A stretch of DNA of 64,000 bases from Macrostomum lignano. Its lineage: Eukaryota. Below are positions 1 to 12,660 of the stretch, in pieces. A program made the translations under genes and the position numbers. The DNA is taken from contig NIVC01000990.1 of NCBI GenBank assembly GCA_002269645.1, forward strand, positions 124,001 through 188,000, written 5' to 3'. Under the pieces are notes generated by a model that was not told the DNA's origin, searched no databases, and saw nothing but the letters and a program-made list of their open reading frames with translations. Position 1 is the first letter of the stretch; every line of letters begins with the position of its first letter.

Positions 1-880
1 TGGCTGGGTTTCATCATCATCATCATCATCTTTTTTTAGAATGAAGCAGGCATTTTTATGCATGTTCTTGATAAGTTCCATCATTTGACCTTTAATACCC
101 TGATTATCCGTTTTGCACCAAAGGGTCGGTTGATTTAAGCTATCGAAGGCTTTTTCATAGTCAACAAATCCAATAAAGAGTTCTTCTTTGTTGTAGATGG
201 ATTGGTTTATAATGTTGTAAAGATTAAAACATTGGTCGATTGTGCTGTGATTGGGCTTGAAACCGTATTGGTATTTTGATATAAGATTGTTTGCGTATGC
301 TAGGTTTTCGAGTCTGGATTTAATAATTTGGCAAAAGAGCTTGCCAAGAATTGGTTGAATGCAGATTCCTCTGTAATTGTTGGGGTCGGCACTGCTGCCT
401 TTGTTTTTATAAATCGGATGAAGTGTATTTGTTATCCAACTAGTTGGGAAGGTTCCTTGTTTGAGTGCTTCGTTGAAAAGTGAGCATAGGAGGTCAGCAA
501 GTTCGTTCTCGAGGTATTTGAGTGTTTCTACATATACTTTATCGTGCCCAGGTGCTTTGTCGGTTTTGAGCTTTTTGATATGTTTTATAACTTCTTCTTT
601 GGTGAATGGGGCATTGAAATCCTCTAAATCAGCCAGAATAGGGTTGTCAAGGTGAAGATTGTATGATAGTCTAATGCTGCTGTCTTGTTCAGTTACAAGA
701 TTTTGAAAGTGTATGACAAATTTTTCATCAATTGTTACTCTGTTGTTTGAGGGATTTGGTGTTTTTAATAAGTTCCAAAGTTGTTTTGTATCGTTTTGAA
801 TAAAGGCCTGGTTGATCATGTTGTCTGCACAGAGAGTTGTTTCAAATTTCCATGAAGTGAGCTTTTTTTCGTATGCTTTT
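1..880 (-). mobile_element. Non-LTR retrotransposon (LINE) ORF2 fragment, reverse-transcriptase N-terminal half; frame appears open and runs off the window start
   Basis: Manual minus-strand translation gives KLKTDKAPGHD, GTFPTSW, NNYRGICIQPILGKLF, QYGFKPNHST and FIGFVDYEKAFDS, which are LINE RT motifs. An in-frame (GAT)6 lies near position 20. Confidence 0.9.
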
Positions 881-1559
881 TGCGAGGTGGGGCAATTTTA
901 ACTTTTGAATTACCGCCGGCGTTGCGTTCGTACGAATTGAATCCGGAAAATCGCGCCGACGAATCTTAACGAAATTTCTCCTGAATACTCCGGCTGCCGG
1001 GGTCCTCAATTCCGGGGGGGTGGTAGTTCGGTCGTAGGCGGGCGGTCTTCGTTAGGCACGGTCGTTCAGAGACACCGAAAATTAATGTACCTCGTATGCT
1101 TGACTTATTACTATCAGTAGAGTAGCGCTGCCACAACCGTAATTTACGTATTACGGAACGTTGAAGTCTCAGAGATTTCTTTGAGTTGAGAACTTGACTA
1201 TTTTTAAGCACCGTGGGCAAAGAACTCAATAAAGGTTAATTTTTCAAGATAATTAATAAGCGATTAAGTATCGTTCAACGTTTATTAAACCACAAAAGAA
1301 CTAAGGAATATAGTTATGCTAGCAAGGTAACTTATTAAGATCGGCGACCTGACAAATAGATGAGAGCCGGCAGTGCCGCGAGCGCGCTTATAACAGTTAA
1401 CTAAGTTTAAGCACAAACGACTGGTCTCAAATTGAGCTAAATTGATTCAGAAGTTAACGGTTAAATTGCAGCAGGGGATGACGAGAGGGAAGGGAGGGAA
1501 AACCAAAAAGAAAAGGAGAAGGAGGCATGAAAACAAACGGCACCCGGGAACATCATTAA

Positions 1560-3548
1560 CAACAACAACAAGTTACGCCCCAGGGTCGATGTTGGGCGTC
1601 ACAGGTCGCGCCTCAGAGCACGGGAGCGGAGAAAGGCCGGTCCACCGGCCTGGTCGGGGGCGCCAGCATCGGCCAGCAGGCAGTCCGGATACCGCCGAGT
1701 GCGCGCCTGCCCCCGCCGGAAGGGCGCCGGGAGCGCAAGCAGCAGCGTCTCCTGCGCCGGCTCGGGGCAGTACGCCTCAGCGCGGATGAGGTGGCCTGCC
1801 AGCTGGAGCCGCCGACGGCGGAGCAGATCGCTGGGGCGGGCCAGGCGAGCTTGGGCGTACAGCGCCGCGTTGGTGACATGCTCTCCGCCGCCGATCTTGA
1901 AGGCAGCGCGCAGCAGGCCGGCGTGCGCCGCGTCGACCTGTCACTCGAGCGTCTCACCGCCTGGAACAACGCCGAGCGCTGGCGGTCTGGCAGGGCCGCA
2001 GAGTGCAGGACGGTCCTCATGGAGTTGAAGGCCGCCCAAGCGAGTCCACGGCGACACCTCAGGTCGTCGAAGGCGTCAGGTACCAGGCCGCCTGCTGAAC
2101 GCGCGGCAGCAGCGTTGCCTGCCCATCAGCGCCTCGTCAGTAGATGTCGGCTTGGATGTTGGTGGGCATGGTGAGCACGACGGTCTTTTGCGTGTTGATC
2201 ACCAGGCCGACGCTCGCAGCAACGCCAACCAGACGGTCCAGCTGACGTTGGGCGCCCTCGACGGTTGAGGACAGCAGGGCGAAATCATCGGCGTAGCCCA
2301 GGATGCTGAGGCGACGCTCTGGCTGGCGGCGGCCCACACGGCGTTGCAGGAGGAAGCCATCGTCGGCTGTTGGTAGGGAAGTCCGCAGCACCCAGTCCAG
2401 AACCAGTACAAACAGGAAGGGCGCCAGCGTGTCCCCCTGGAGCACTCCGGATGACGTGTCGAAGGTGTCCGAGAGGCCGTCTGGCGTCACCACCGCAGCT
2501 CTGGTGTTCTGGTACAGCGCCATCGTAGCACTGACCAGTTGCTGCGGCACGTTGTACGCTCTGAGCACCCACCAGTGGAAGCGCGCTTATGGCAACCGAG
2601 TCGAAAGCCTTCCTGAAGTCAACGAAGACCACGATCAGGCTTGACTGGCGCGTGCGCGCCTCCTCGATGACTCGCCGAAGGGCCAGGATCTGCGTAACAG
2701 TGCCGCGTCTTGGCCGGAACCCGTTCTGCTCGGTCCGCAGGTAGGGATCCAGCACGGGCTGCAACCGGGTAAGCAGGAGCCGGTTGAACAGCTTCGCGGC
2801 GATGGACATTAGGCAGATGCCTCGATGTTCCTCCAGCTTGGTGGTGCCAGGCTTCTTTGGTATGCCGACGATGTGTGCCATGGTCCATTCGGTAGGTGCT
2901 GGACCTCCGGCAAGCACGCTGTTGATCACACGGGTGACCTCAGTGGCCACGCAGTTGATGCGCAGCGCCTCGATTGGCACTTCGTCTGGACCCAGCGCCC
3001 TGCCACCCGGGGTCTTAAAGGCGAGGGTCACAACATCGGTAGGGGTGACTGGACTGGTGTTGAACTGCTCCACCGTTGGCACTGGTGTTTCAGGCGGCAG
3101 TTGCAGATCAGCTGGCAGCGTGGGCGGCGGCGGTGCATTGACGATGGCGGCGAAGAACGTGCGCAGACTGTTCTTACGCTCGTCCGGGGTGTCGCCTGCC
3201 GGGTTGAGCGCCGCCCGCTGCTTGCGCCCCGTCAGGGTGTTGATGGTGGACCAGGCCACGCGGCTCCTTGCGTCAGGGCCCGCAGCAGAGACGGCTCGAA
3301 TGGCGTCGTCAACGGCGGCGAGCTGCCGCTCCTGGTAGACGCGCGCCAGGGCCTCCTCTGCGTCGTGCGCTGGCTGGCCACTCAGACGGATGCGCTTCAC
3401 GTTGTCTGCCGCCTGTCTGACCTCCTCATCCTCCATCCAGACCGGTTGTCCCCGCTGGGTAGGCCGCATTAGCGGCACCGACTGTTCAGCGGCAGTGCGG
3501 ACAGCTGCACTGACTGCGGCATACTCGGCAGAGCCGCGTGCACTACCT
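1560..3548 (-). mobile_element. 5'-truncated, decayed RTE-like non-LTR retrotransposon with (TTG)n 3' tail and 8-bp TSD
   Basis: ORFs 2285-3685 and 2137-2568 carry RT motifs (HRGICLMS, EQNGFRPRR, FVDFRKAFDS, GVLQGDTLAPFLF, YADD). A 4-bp duplication near 2570 shifts the frame, there is an in-frame TGA at 2137-2139, and further deletions lie downstream. (AAC)n tail at ~1558-1571; ATCATTAA at 1552-1559 and 3549-3556. Confidence 0.88.
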
Positions 3549-5564
3549 ATCATTAAATAAAAGCTAAAGAACAACAAATGGGCAGACGGGGACATGAGCT
3601 GGGGACAAAACATGGCCACGAAAGACCAATCATGGAACGAGAAATTAAGCCGCAGAAAAACACAGAAAAACAAAAAGATAACCAAACGGGGGACGCGCTA
3701 AACCAAGAAAAAGGGGGCAGAAAGGCCAACACAGGAACAGGGAGAAATGACGAAATTCGCCAACAGGAGGCACCTAATGGTGGACGGGCCAACCCGGGGA
3801 ACAACAGAGAAGGGGTCACAAGATAGGCCGAAAAATTAATAAAATAATGACGGTTAATAAAATAAAAAAATCGTTAGTGGCAGCTCACACTGCCACACAA
3901 GCTATTTAAAATTGAAAAATTTTCTAAGATAATTTTAAACGTCTTAAAACAAAAAATACAGTAAAAATTTACCCTGCGTTAGAGGTCGTTTTTAAAACAT
4001 AATTTCACGATTTTTTATGTTTTTTTAGAAAACAATACTGCACCGGCTATAAAAAGCCGTACGACTCGGCTAGCCTGCTTGAGTCGGCAAAGGCGCAAAA
4101 TCACATTAAAGGACACAGTTTGACACAGATGACACAGTTGCCGCTAGTCCGCATTGGTGACTGGCGAAGAAACTAGAGATTCATGCAAAAAAGCATGGAT
4201 ACCAATGTTAAAAATGATTGTTTCTCCCGAATCTTTTTTTAATGTTGTATGTATTATAGGTAACTGAAGCGGCTTGCGAGTGGTAGCTAGTATAGCAAGC
4301 GAGCAAAAAGATCTTGCGTATATTTGTTCAGCATAGTTATTTATACATAACGAGAATAAGGAGGTGTGAGTCAGCTCGAACTGGCTGGCTGGGCAAAACT
4401 CCCCAGCAGCCAGGCGTGCAGGGGCCTGTACAGCCGCCACATAACTTTATTTTCACTCATCCTTTGCAAAAGTAGTAGAAACGGGATGATGAGGGAGTAC
4501 CTCTACTCTCTTGGAAATTATTGTGTAGCTACTGAGATATTAATTTTGGTTAATTCGATCGTACATGTACATGTATCATTGCAGCTCCAAGCTGATGGCT
4601 CATGTAGTGCCGTCTTGATGGTAATTATACAGTTTCTCTGGCCTAATCCTCTAGAAAGAGGGAAACTCTGTGAAGGATGAGTAAAACTAAAACTCCTGCA
4701 AAAAATTCCACCAAGAGAAAGCTTACAAAAAGTTGGTCTCCATGATTTTTTCACGAATCACCGGTTTCCTTATGAAGTGTATGTTGTTGTTTTCTAGTTT
4801 GTCTCGGGGCCTTCAATAGGAGCGTTGCCACCAGTGAAGTACAGGCTTCTGCGGTGTCGACTGGAGATGGCCTGGTAAGTCTCCTGGCGCAGGGCGGTGA
4901 CCTCTAGGTGCCGGTTTCTTAGAAACTAGTTCTCGTAGCGTTGGTAGTGCTGCCATCAGCTTCGCAGAGTCGCAGCCTTCGGTGAGGTGCTGAGCTCGTA
5001 GAAGCAAATAACTAAGACGAGAGAAAGAGACTCGCACTTCGTGCAGATTTAGCAGTTCTCCCGCAGAGGTGCCCACCGTCAGCAGTCCCTGCCGGGCTGG
5101 TGCGGGGTGAGAGCGAAAGTGCTAGCTTCGGGCGATCCGAGCTGGCCTGCTAATTAATAGCAGGTGCAATCAGAGGCAGTCACGCGCAAAGTCGGGAGTC
5201 TTGGAGTTTAAACTTTAGCACACGCGCTGAGCGAAACGGCGGAAAGGAGAAATGAATACGGAGCAAGGGCACAGAAAGGCTTGTCTGAGCCAAGCCATGA
5301 GAGGGGCTGCATTTATAGGGAGGATCGATTGCACCATAGCACGAAAGGCCCCCGCTGAGAGTCATGGGTGACTCTGTTGCTATTTTTAGCAACAAACAAG
5401 CGGGCCCTGCCTCAGAGGAGGCAAGGGGGTCCGGGCGCACGTGATCTCCCCATAAACACGAGCCCAGCGTACAATGATGAAATCATTGCACTTTGGACTA
5501 AAGAAGGAAGAAGGCCTTGTCATGTGACTGACTCACATGACAAAGGGGAAAAGCGCCTAACGGC

Positions 5565-5660
5565 CCGCCGCTAGCGGAGCCCATCCCACGCTAAAAATAG
5601 CCCGTTAACGGGACCCAGCCCACGGTGGGGTGGGCTCCCTTAGCGGGGGCCAGCCCACGA
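5565..5660 (+). repeat. ~100-bp GC-rich dispersed repeat, copy 1 (inverted copy at 27070-27166)
   Basis: Reverse complement aligns at roughly 90% by eye to 27070-27166. Confidence 0.8.
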
Positions 5661-6508
5661 GCGGAGAGGGAGAGGTGGGGTGGGTGTTGGGTGAGTGTGG
5701 AACGCCAGTGCGCACTAGCGTACTAGCACTGTACTAGCAATGAAGCTAGCTGAAAACACTGCACATCCGTGACTCATTTCTCGTATATTAATGTATGCTG
5801 GATGAAGACGGCTCTTTGTCTTTCCCAACTCTCCCAAAATTAAAAAACTCCTAGAACGCATTTCGTTTTAAGCTGCAAGGAATTGTATTCTTTAAAGAAA
5901 CGCGTTTCATTCAACGTATAGTTTCTACTTTTTAATACATATCATTTATCAAACTATTTGACTCAGTTGAATCTTTAAGATCTTGAGATTTATTCTTAAT
6001 ACGCTCGTAAGGCTTTCGTTATTTCTTTATTCCAAAGGTAAGCAAACGTTGGTTCTTAATTTGCATTGTACTCATTGTATTTTCTTTTATGTCTAGCTTA
6101 TAATTGCAATATGCTAGGAATCTTATATTCTTCTATAATCTTAAAGGTGGAAATTTGGTCAAAGAAAAATAGTACAGGCGCAAGAAGTGAGGACGACTAG
6201 CCATCCATTTTCGTTTCAAACGTAAAAGATTTTTAAAAAACAAACTTAGCAAAGTAAGGTACCAAGCGAGTTATTCTAAAATTGATAGACAGGCTAATTT
6301 CCTAATTCGCAGAATCGCTGAGTCCCAGTTTTCTAATTTCTATAGATTGGACTTGTCCTTTAGCAGTTATCTTTATTTTCAGAATACTCGTACTGCATCC
6401 GTTTGTAAATATTGTCAAAAAAGGCGGAAAAATAAATTTTGAATTTCCGCACAAAGTTAAAAAAATTAGGAATTTGAACAAAATTTAAATTCACGCGGAT
6501 ATTCAAAA

Positions 6509-7033
6509 CAAGGACTTCTAGACTAGCAGGACGTAAAACTCAAAGATCGTGTAAATTTTTAGGAGGACGATTTCCTGGAAAAAATACACTGCGGAGATAG
6601 GAGCAAATCATTTTTTCATCACAAAATCAATGATTGCATTTGATCTAAGGCAGCTAAGATAACCATTCTTTTTATTTAGCACGCACAACATGTTACTCTA
6701 TTATATTTTAATGTAGTTGTGTCTTGAAAGTTTCATCTTCATATTATTTTCTTTTTATTTCATAAGCCCCAAGTTGCAAAATACTCACAAGTGGCATTAG
6801 CCGAACTTTGTATTTTTCCTTTTTAAAATCAAGTATATTTGCAATAAAAATGCTGCATTACGGTACTATTAAGCCATTATTGTAGGTATAATTCCATATC
6901 AATGTAGTAACTATACTAATAGACCTGTCTATGTAGTTAAATATATAAGGACAATATTTACAATATGCCCCCACCATTTTCATTTTTCTTGTTTTACCTA
7001 GGCCTCAAGTCTTTAGAAAGCTATCAGTTTTTA
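6509..7033 (+). repeat. Left arm of a ~525-bp long inverted repeat
   Basis: Near-identical reverse complement of 16524-17047, with only scattered mismatches seen. Confidence 0.9.
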
Positions 7034-7308
7034 CCTGAAAGCCAGACAGAAAAAAATGGTTAGGGCCTAGGCCTAGTCACAAAAATGGGCACTAACCTTT
7101 TTTCTAGGTTTTTACACTTTTAATTAGGCTTAGATTTTTAATTTTTTATTGCAAATTTGAATACACTATACTATATAAACTAGGCCTAGCACCCAGCTGG
7201 TTTAGGTTTACCTTCCTTGAATTATATATTTTGTTGAATATAATACCTTTAAAATTGCAATTTTAGTTTGTAATGGTATATTTCATATCATATTTGAATC
7301 ATAGGCCT

Positions 7309-7487
7309 CATACATGCGCAACCTTGGGAATCACTTGGCCATTTCTATTGGCAACACAGAACACACACATGTAAGTTGCTATTGGATGGAATAGTAGTCA
7401 CGTGATTGCTCTCAGCCAATAGCAACTTATATATGTGTGTTGCCAATAGAAATGGCCGGGTGAATCCCTAGGTTGCACCCAAGCATG
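7309..7487. mobile_element. Palindromic hAT-like MITE, copy 1
   Basis: Long inverted arms around a 30-bp spacer; 8-bp direct repeat ATAGGCCT at 7301-7308 and 7488-7495. Confidence 0.8.
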
Positions 7488-9251
7488 ATAGGCCTAATTA
7501 TTAGATTATTATGATAGGTCTTTTATTATAAACTAAAAAATGGGTAATACAATACTGCATGCCCACATTTATCTTAACTTTAGCATTTATTTACTATTGA
7601 AACTAGGCCTAGGCCTTATTGCACTCATAAAGCTTTGAAACTAGGAATATTTAGGCCTATTCATTTTACTACCTTATATCTATTTATAAAACTAAGCTGG
7701 CTCTAATAATTGACAATGAAAATCTAGTTTTTAGTATTAATTTAAAATTTGTTTATTAATTTAGTTATCTATATTCAGTTTTAATTTTATTTTTTATAGG
7801 TAAATATGATTTTTTAATTAGTATTATTTAATAACTTAGATTTTGGCTATTAGGGTCTAATCCAAATACTAAATAGTACTTAGATGTCTAATTGTTACAT
7901 TTTTATTCAATAATCTTTAATTTTACTATAAGTATTTTGTACCAATATATTATCCTATCATCTATCTTAATAGATAGATAGTTATCATGCCAATTAAATT
8001 TTTGGTAGTAACTTACACTAGCAACCATTTTAGACAAAAGGCTGCAAAATCTAATCTTGTTAGATTTCAAACAGATTTCCTTATGATATAAATTATGTCT
8101 AGCATTGTATTTGACATACTTAATCCTTTGATCTTTCCAGTGCCTATCTGACTTCAGTGGAAATTTTTGCAAAGCATCAACCTGCTAAAATGCCATTGCA
8201 CAAGATGATATACTTTTGGATACCAATTAAAGTGATCCACAAAGTGTCTTTCCTGACACCACAAGGTCTTCATTACATTTGACTTTAGCAAGTGAGTAAA
8301 TTTTCTAAATGTTGTTTTTTTAATATATGGATAAGGGTTAGTAAAAAGCAAGGGTCAATGTGGTTGGGGCAAAAGATGATATATCCTTACCTTTTACATG
8401 GCTAGTTTCCCTAAATTTATGATGGCATAGTTTGTAGCAAAATTTATGGTATAACCTTTTAGGAAAGTTCATTCCAATGAAAAGACAAAATTTCTCATTT
8501 TACCATTGCCCATACCTACCAACATTTTAGTGTGGTGGATGGACTCCAGCACTAGGCCTATTGCTCATCATTGCAGCACTCAAGTCAAAGTTTTGCATTT
8601 TTGGGCTTCCAACATCAACTAGAGCAATAGTCTCAATTGGAGGCCATGGAAAGCAATCTCAAGCATGCTGGTAGAGCCTGGTGCCAACCTTGGAAAGAAT
8701 TTGGAGCCCACCTGATTGTTAATCATTTTTCATCTGGCAGCTGCAACTGAGCATTGGAAATGGAATTCACTATATCTATAACTGGCCAGCGGGAACTGCA
8801 CACTGAGAAGCAATGCCCATGTCCTTCACCCCACATAACATTGAGGTCTCACTTTAGTGGTCTTAGCGATGTAGGATGCGATCTTCATAGACATGCCATT
8901 GAACCTGATCTGCTATGCCACATCTCAAGAAAGCTGACTAATGTTTTAAGGGTATAGTGCGGCAAGACTGAGTCTGATAGATAGTCCAATTTCAGCCACT
9001 GTAGGCCGACTGTGCAAAATTAATTGAAGCAAATAAGCTTCATGGTACTTGCTAATTTGCCAATTTTTTCTCTTTTTAAATACTGATATCTGCTTTTCTG
9101 TTTAGTTTAGCTACAAGTTGCGCAGCCTTTGGAGCTAAGGCCGCCCACGCATTGCCTGGATGTAGTGCTCCTCACTAACCCCGTGCATAAAACTCCACAT
9201 GGCCATGACAATCCAACTGCACTGTTAGTTCCACAAAAAAATTCTATGCCG

Positions 9252-9421
9252 CATACATGCGCAACCTGGGGAATCACTCGGCCATTTCTATTGGCAACAC
9301 ACATGTAAGTCGCTATTGGCTGAGAACAGTCACGTGACTACTATTCCATCCAATAGCAACTTACATGTGTGTGTTGCCAATAGAAACGGCCGGGTGAATC
9401 CCTAGGTTGCGCCCAGGCATG
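9252..9421. mobile_element. Palindromic hAT-like MITE, copy 2
   Basis: Same arms as copy 1; flanks CTATGCCG / CTATGCCT (7/8 TSD match). Confidence 0.8.
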
Positions 9422-10466
9422 CTATGCCTGGTAAACACTTAACACTACACTGCTGGTTATTATACTCATATTTCGACCTCCAAATTAAGCCAAGCCTTTA
9501 CAGTATTTAAATTTACTTTTCTGATTTACTTTTGATTTACTTCATAGATACAAGTACCATGTCATACAAAATATTTACTCAATTTTGCCCTTGCAGTTGC
9601 ATATTATGAGCTGTGCATCTTTGTGCCTGGTTTATTTTTCCATTTCTGAAACATCAAACATTGCAAAAAACCAATTCAAAAACAAAGAACATTTTCTATT
9701 TTCTACATCAGTATGTATAAAGAATGTATCTATACATTGCTCTTTTAATGTTTCAATGCACTGTATATATATTATAAATTACATCTTACATTCTTTGCAA
9801 GTCAAAACAGTTGAAAGTTCACATTTCAGATCTGTGAAACAAAATAAAATTCATTTGAAATGAAAAAAAGTCTTGTCTTTTTTATTTACTAAGGTGAAAG
9901 AGAAGTTATTAACTTTGAGTTATTTATAAGAAAGACATCACCAGCAAAAATTAAGGTAGTGCCAATGAGTCTTGAAGTGCTAGTGTCAGCCAGCAAGCAG
10001 TTAAAGAACTGCAGTTGCTCATCTTGAATGCAGTGCACAGTAGAATAGCCTCAAAGCTTGATGTTGTCTGGTTACTAGAGCACAGCAATCTTCTGTATGT
10101 TGACAACCAAACCAATTGCCAGCACAAAACCAACCAGCCTGCCTAGCTTTTTGGGTGGCAGGCTAGGTCACTGAGTTGTGACAAGTGAGCAGGACATGGA
10201 ATGCCATAATGCAATCATTAGGTTGATCAAACATGAAGCATTGGCCAATACACAGCTAGTAGATAAGCTCAGAATGTAGGCTGAAAATCAGGCAGTGGCA
10301 ATTGAGGCTTGTTGCTGGCAGCTGAAACAAAATATGTTGAAATATAAAGAATTTAATTGTTCAGGGTTAATGCAAAAATAAATATTATCAAAGGTTGTCA
10401 ATTGTATTTTAATATATAAGTCAACATAAAAAAAAGCTAATACATAAGCAAAAGGTACAAAAATTC

Positions 10467-11407
10467 TGTACTAGGCGTGTTTCCTGTGCACTGAGAATCC
10501 TACTAAATGCCACCAAGTTGTAACAGGGGTGATTCTTTCTTCTTAATAATAATTTCACACTGTCACCAAAAGCTGTCGTAGGGCTCTTAATTAATCCTTT
10601 GTCTAGCCTTACTAGCTGCCACCAAAGCTATCACAGGGCTAATTTACTAATCTCTTAAGTGTTCTTCTTAGGTTGGTAGCTGCCACCAGGATTATCCTAT
10701 TAATAAATTATGAGTTTATCAATCTTAGAATAATCCGAGAAATGTTTCTTAGAATAGGTCTGGGTATTTAGTCTGAGTATTTAGTCTGAGTATTTAGTCT
10801 GAGTATTTAGTCTGAGTATTATTCTTAGAAAAACTATTAGCCCTGAAAGGTGTACTCTTCTGATTATTCTGGTAGCGTTCTATTATTCTGGTAGCGTTCT
10901 ACTTAATAATGGCCTGAGCGGTATTTTTGGCTTACTGGTATATGTATTTCATGTACTTTGCAAGTCCTTGGGCGTTACCGAGATCAGAGGGTCACAGCCT
11001 CCGTTATTCTTACACGTCTTAACTTCAGATCTACTTCGCAACTTCTTACTACTCAACACTTTCCTTCTTAGTAGTATATACGGTACACACCTTCGTCTAC
11101 TTCACTCTTACTTCTTAAGGAATGAATACAGAAAACACTTCTTCAATTCTTATTTTCTCGGAACTCTTATTAACTGCTATTAATCGGTATGATTGCGAAC
11201 CGCGATGCGCGAGGTTGGTTCTCCCTCTGCCGAATTTGCTTGTATTTATAGTAAAATTCTAGTAGATTTTAAACAAAAATTAGTTCGCGTAAAATATTAT
11301 ACAAAACACGAATATTAAAACAAAAATGCGTCGTAGTTTTTGGCGTGAATTTAAAGTGTAATAAACGATAGCTATTTTTAGAAAGAAATCGGGAGGGGCC
11401 CTGTACA
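10467..11407 (-). repeat. 3' LTR (941 bp)
   Basis: Direct repeat of 15203-16143 with no differences found by eye; TATAAATA on - at 11243-11250; internal 13-bp x4 and 19-bp x2 tandem repeats. Confidence 0.95.
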
Positions 11408-11802
11408 ACCTACCTCCTCTAAAAAAAAATTTTTAAACGAAATATACTGATAGTGAATTGAGTGCAAAAATTTTCTACTGTGCAAAATGTGAAAAATTTT
11501 AAGAGTGCATGATAGGTGTAGAAAAGTGTTGGTGCTCTATAACTAACAAGCAATTATCACACTACTATTCGTACTAGGCAAAAAAAAAAACATTAGATCT
11601 ACTAATAAAGCACTGATAAACACTAGTCAATACGAAAACATACTAGTAAGTGATAAAGCAATGATTTAGGTAGTAAAATACAACGAAAGAGTATTAAAGG
11701 CGTAGAAAAGAATTTTGCTGCAAAGGCGGTATTATTGCAATGGTAAAAAGATACTTGCAAAGTAAAAGCACTAAAAATCGCAACAGGAATAGCAGCCTAA
11801 CT

Positions 11803-12443
11803 TTAGAAATTGCAAGGATCCGGAAGATTGCGGAAATATGGCCAACCAAAAAGTCCAAAAATCCACCTCATCTCAATGTTTAGTAGGCGTCGCTGGGTTA
11901 CCTGAGAATCAGCTCTCATGATGCGCTGGAGCTCTTCGGCGATGTGCTGGAGAAGCGCCACTGCCTCGGTTGATGAGCATAGTTCGCGCAGCGCTCTGAT
12001 GGCGGCCCAAGCCTGCGAACGTTGCGGCAGCGCTTGATATAAGCGCAAGTGGCCTATGCGCTGCAAATATTGCATCAGGCCGAAACGAACTCGTTCGACC
12101 GGCTCGCCTGTCTCGATGAGGCGTTGTGCCACCTCCTGGTAGCTTCCTGCGAGCTCAGGTCGTGGCGGTCGTGGTGCAGCGGCAGCGGCGGCCTGCTGAC
12201 GGGGCGCGGCGGCGGCGACCTGCTGGCGCGGTGCAGCGGCGGCGGCGGCCTGCTGGCGAGGTGTAGCAGCGGCCTGCTGGCGCGGTGTAACGACGGCAGC
12301 GGCCTGCTGGCGCGGTGCAGCGGCGGCGGAGTCGGCGGTCTTGGCGCTGGAGCCGGCTGTCTCGGTGCTTCGTCTTCTGACAGGTCGCTATCTGACAGGG
12401 CTCCGCCCAGCAATTCTTCCAAAATATCGTCAACGTGGCTCAT
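11803..12443 (-). CDS. Accessory ORF inside the LTR element (acidic N-terminus, Pro/Arg-rich repeats, helical C-terminus); probably one gene split by a frameshift in the repeat region
   Basis: Overlapping ORFs 12075-12443 (ATG start) and 11803-12132. The second frame extends upstream as PRPPRPELAGSYQEVAQRL into the repeat. The block is GC-rich within AT-rich sequence. Confidence 0.55.
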
Positions 12444-12527
12444 ATTCGCTATAACAGAATTTCTAGTCTCCTAAGAACGAACTAATTGCTGTGAAATATG
12501 AGGTTTTGTGAGCTCTATGGGGTTTCG

Positions 12528-12660
12528 TATTTATATGCGGCCAGCCGAAAAACTGGACCGCATCGTTGTGTTCGCGCTTTCGCTTTCGAGGGGTTTAGTG
12601 GGGTCACGTGTTCGTCCACCATAGTGGCTTTCTAGCGTTCGCTTCGCGGGCTCTCATTGG
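12528..12660 (-). promoter_or_regulatory. Putative internal Pol II promoter for the accessory ORF
   Basis: TATAAATA on - at 12528-12535 (~85 bp upstream of the ATG), CACGTG at 12605-12610, CCAAT on - at 12656-12660. Confidence 0.4.

Noticed and set aside
1442-3472. Numerous long + strand ORFs
   Set aside because: Antisense shadows of the GC-rich RTE-like element.
4813-5330. 87-aa ORF downstream of a TATA-like motif
   Set aside because: GTG start and no recognisable homology; not enough support.
7900-10330. Possible decayed transposase between the long inverted repeats
   Set aside because: Short W/C/H-rich frames with many stops; no motif I could assign.
10467-10690. CRISPR array
   Set aside because: Eukaryotic context, no cas genes, and the repeat is an LTR-end/PBS motif; the resemblance is only architectural.
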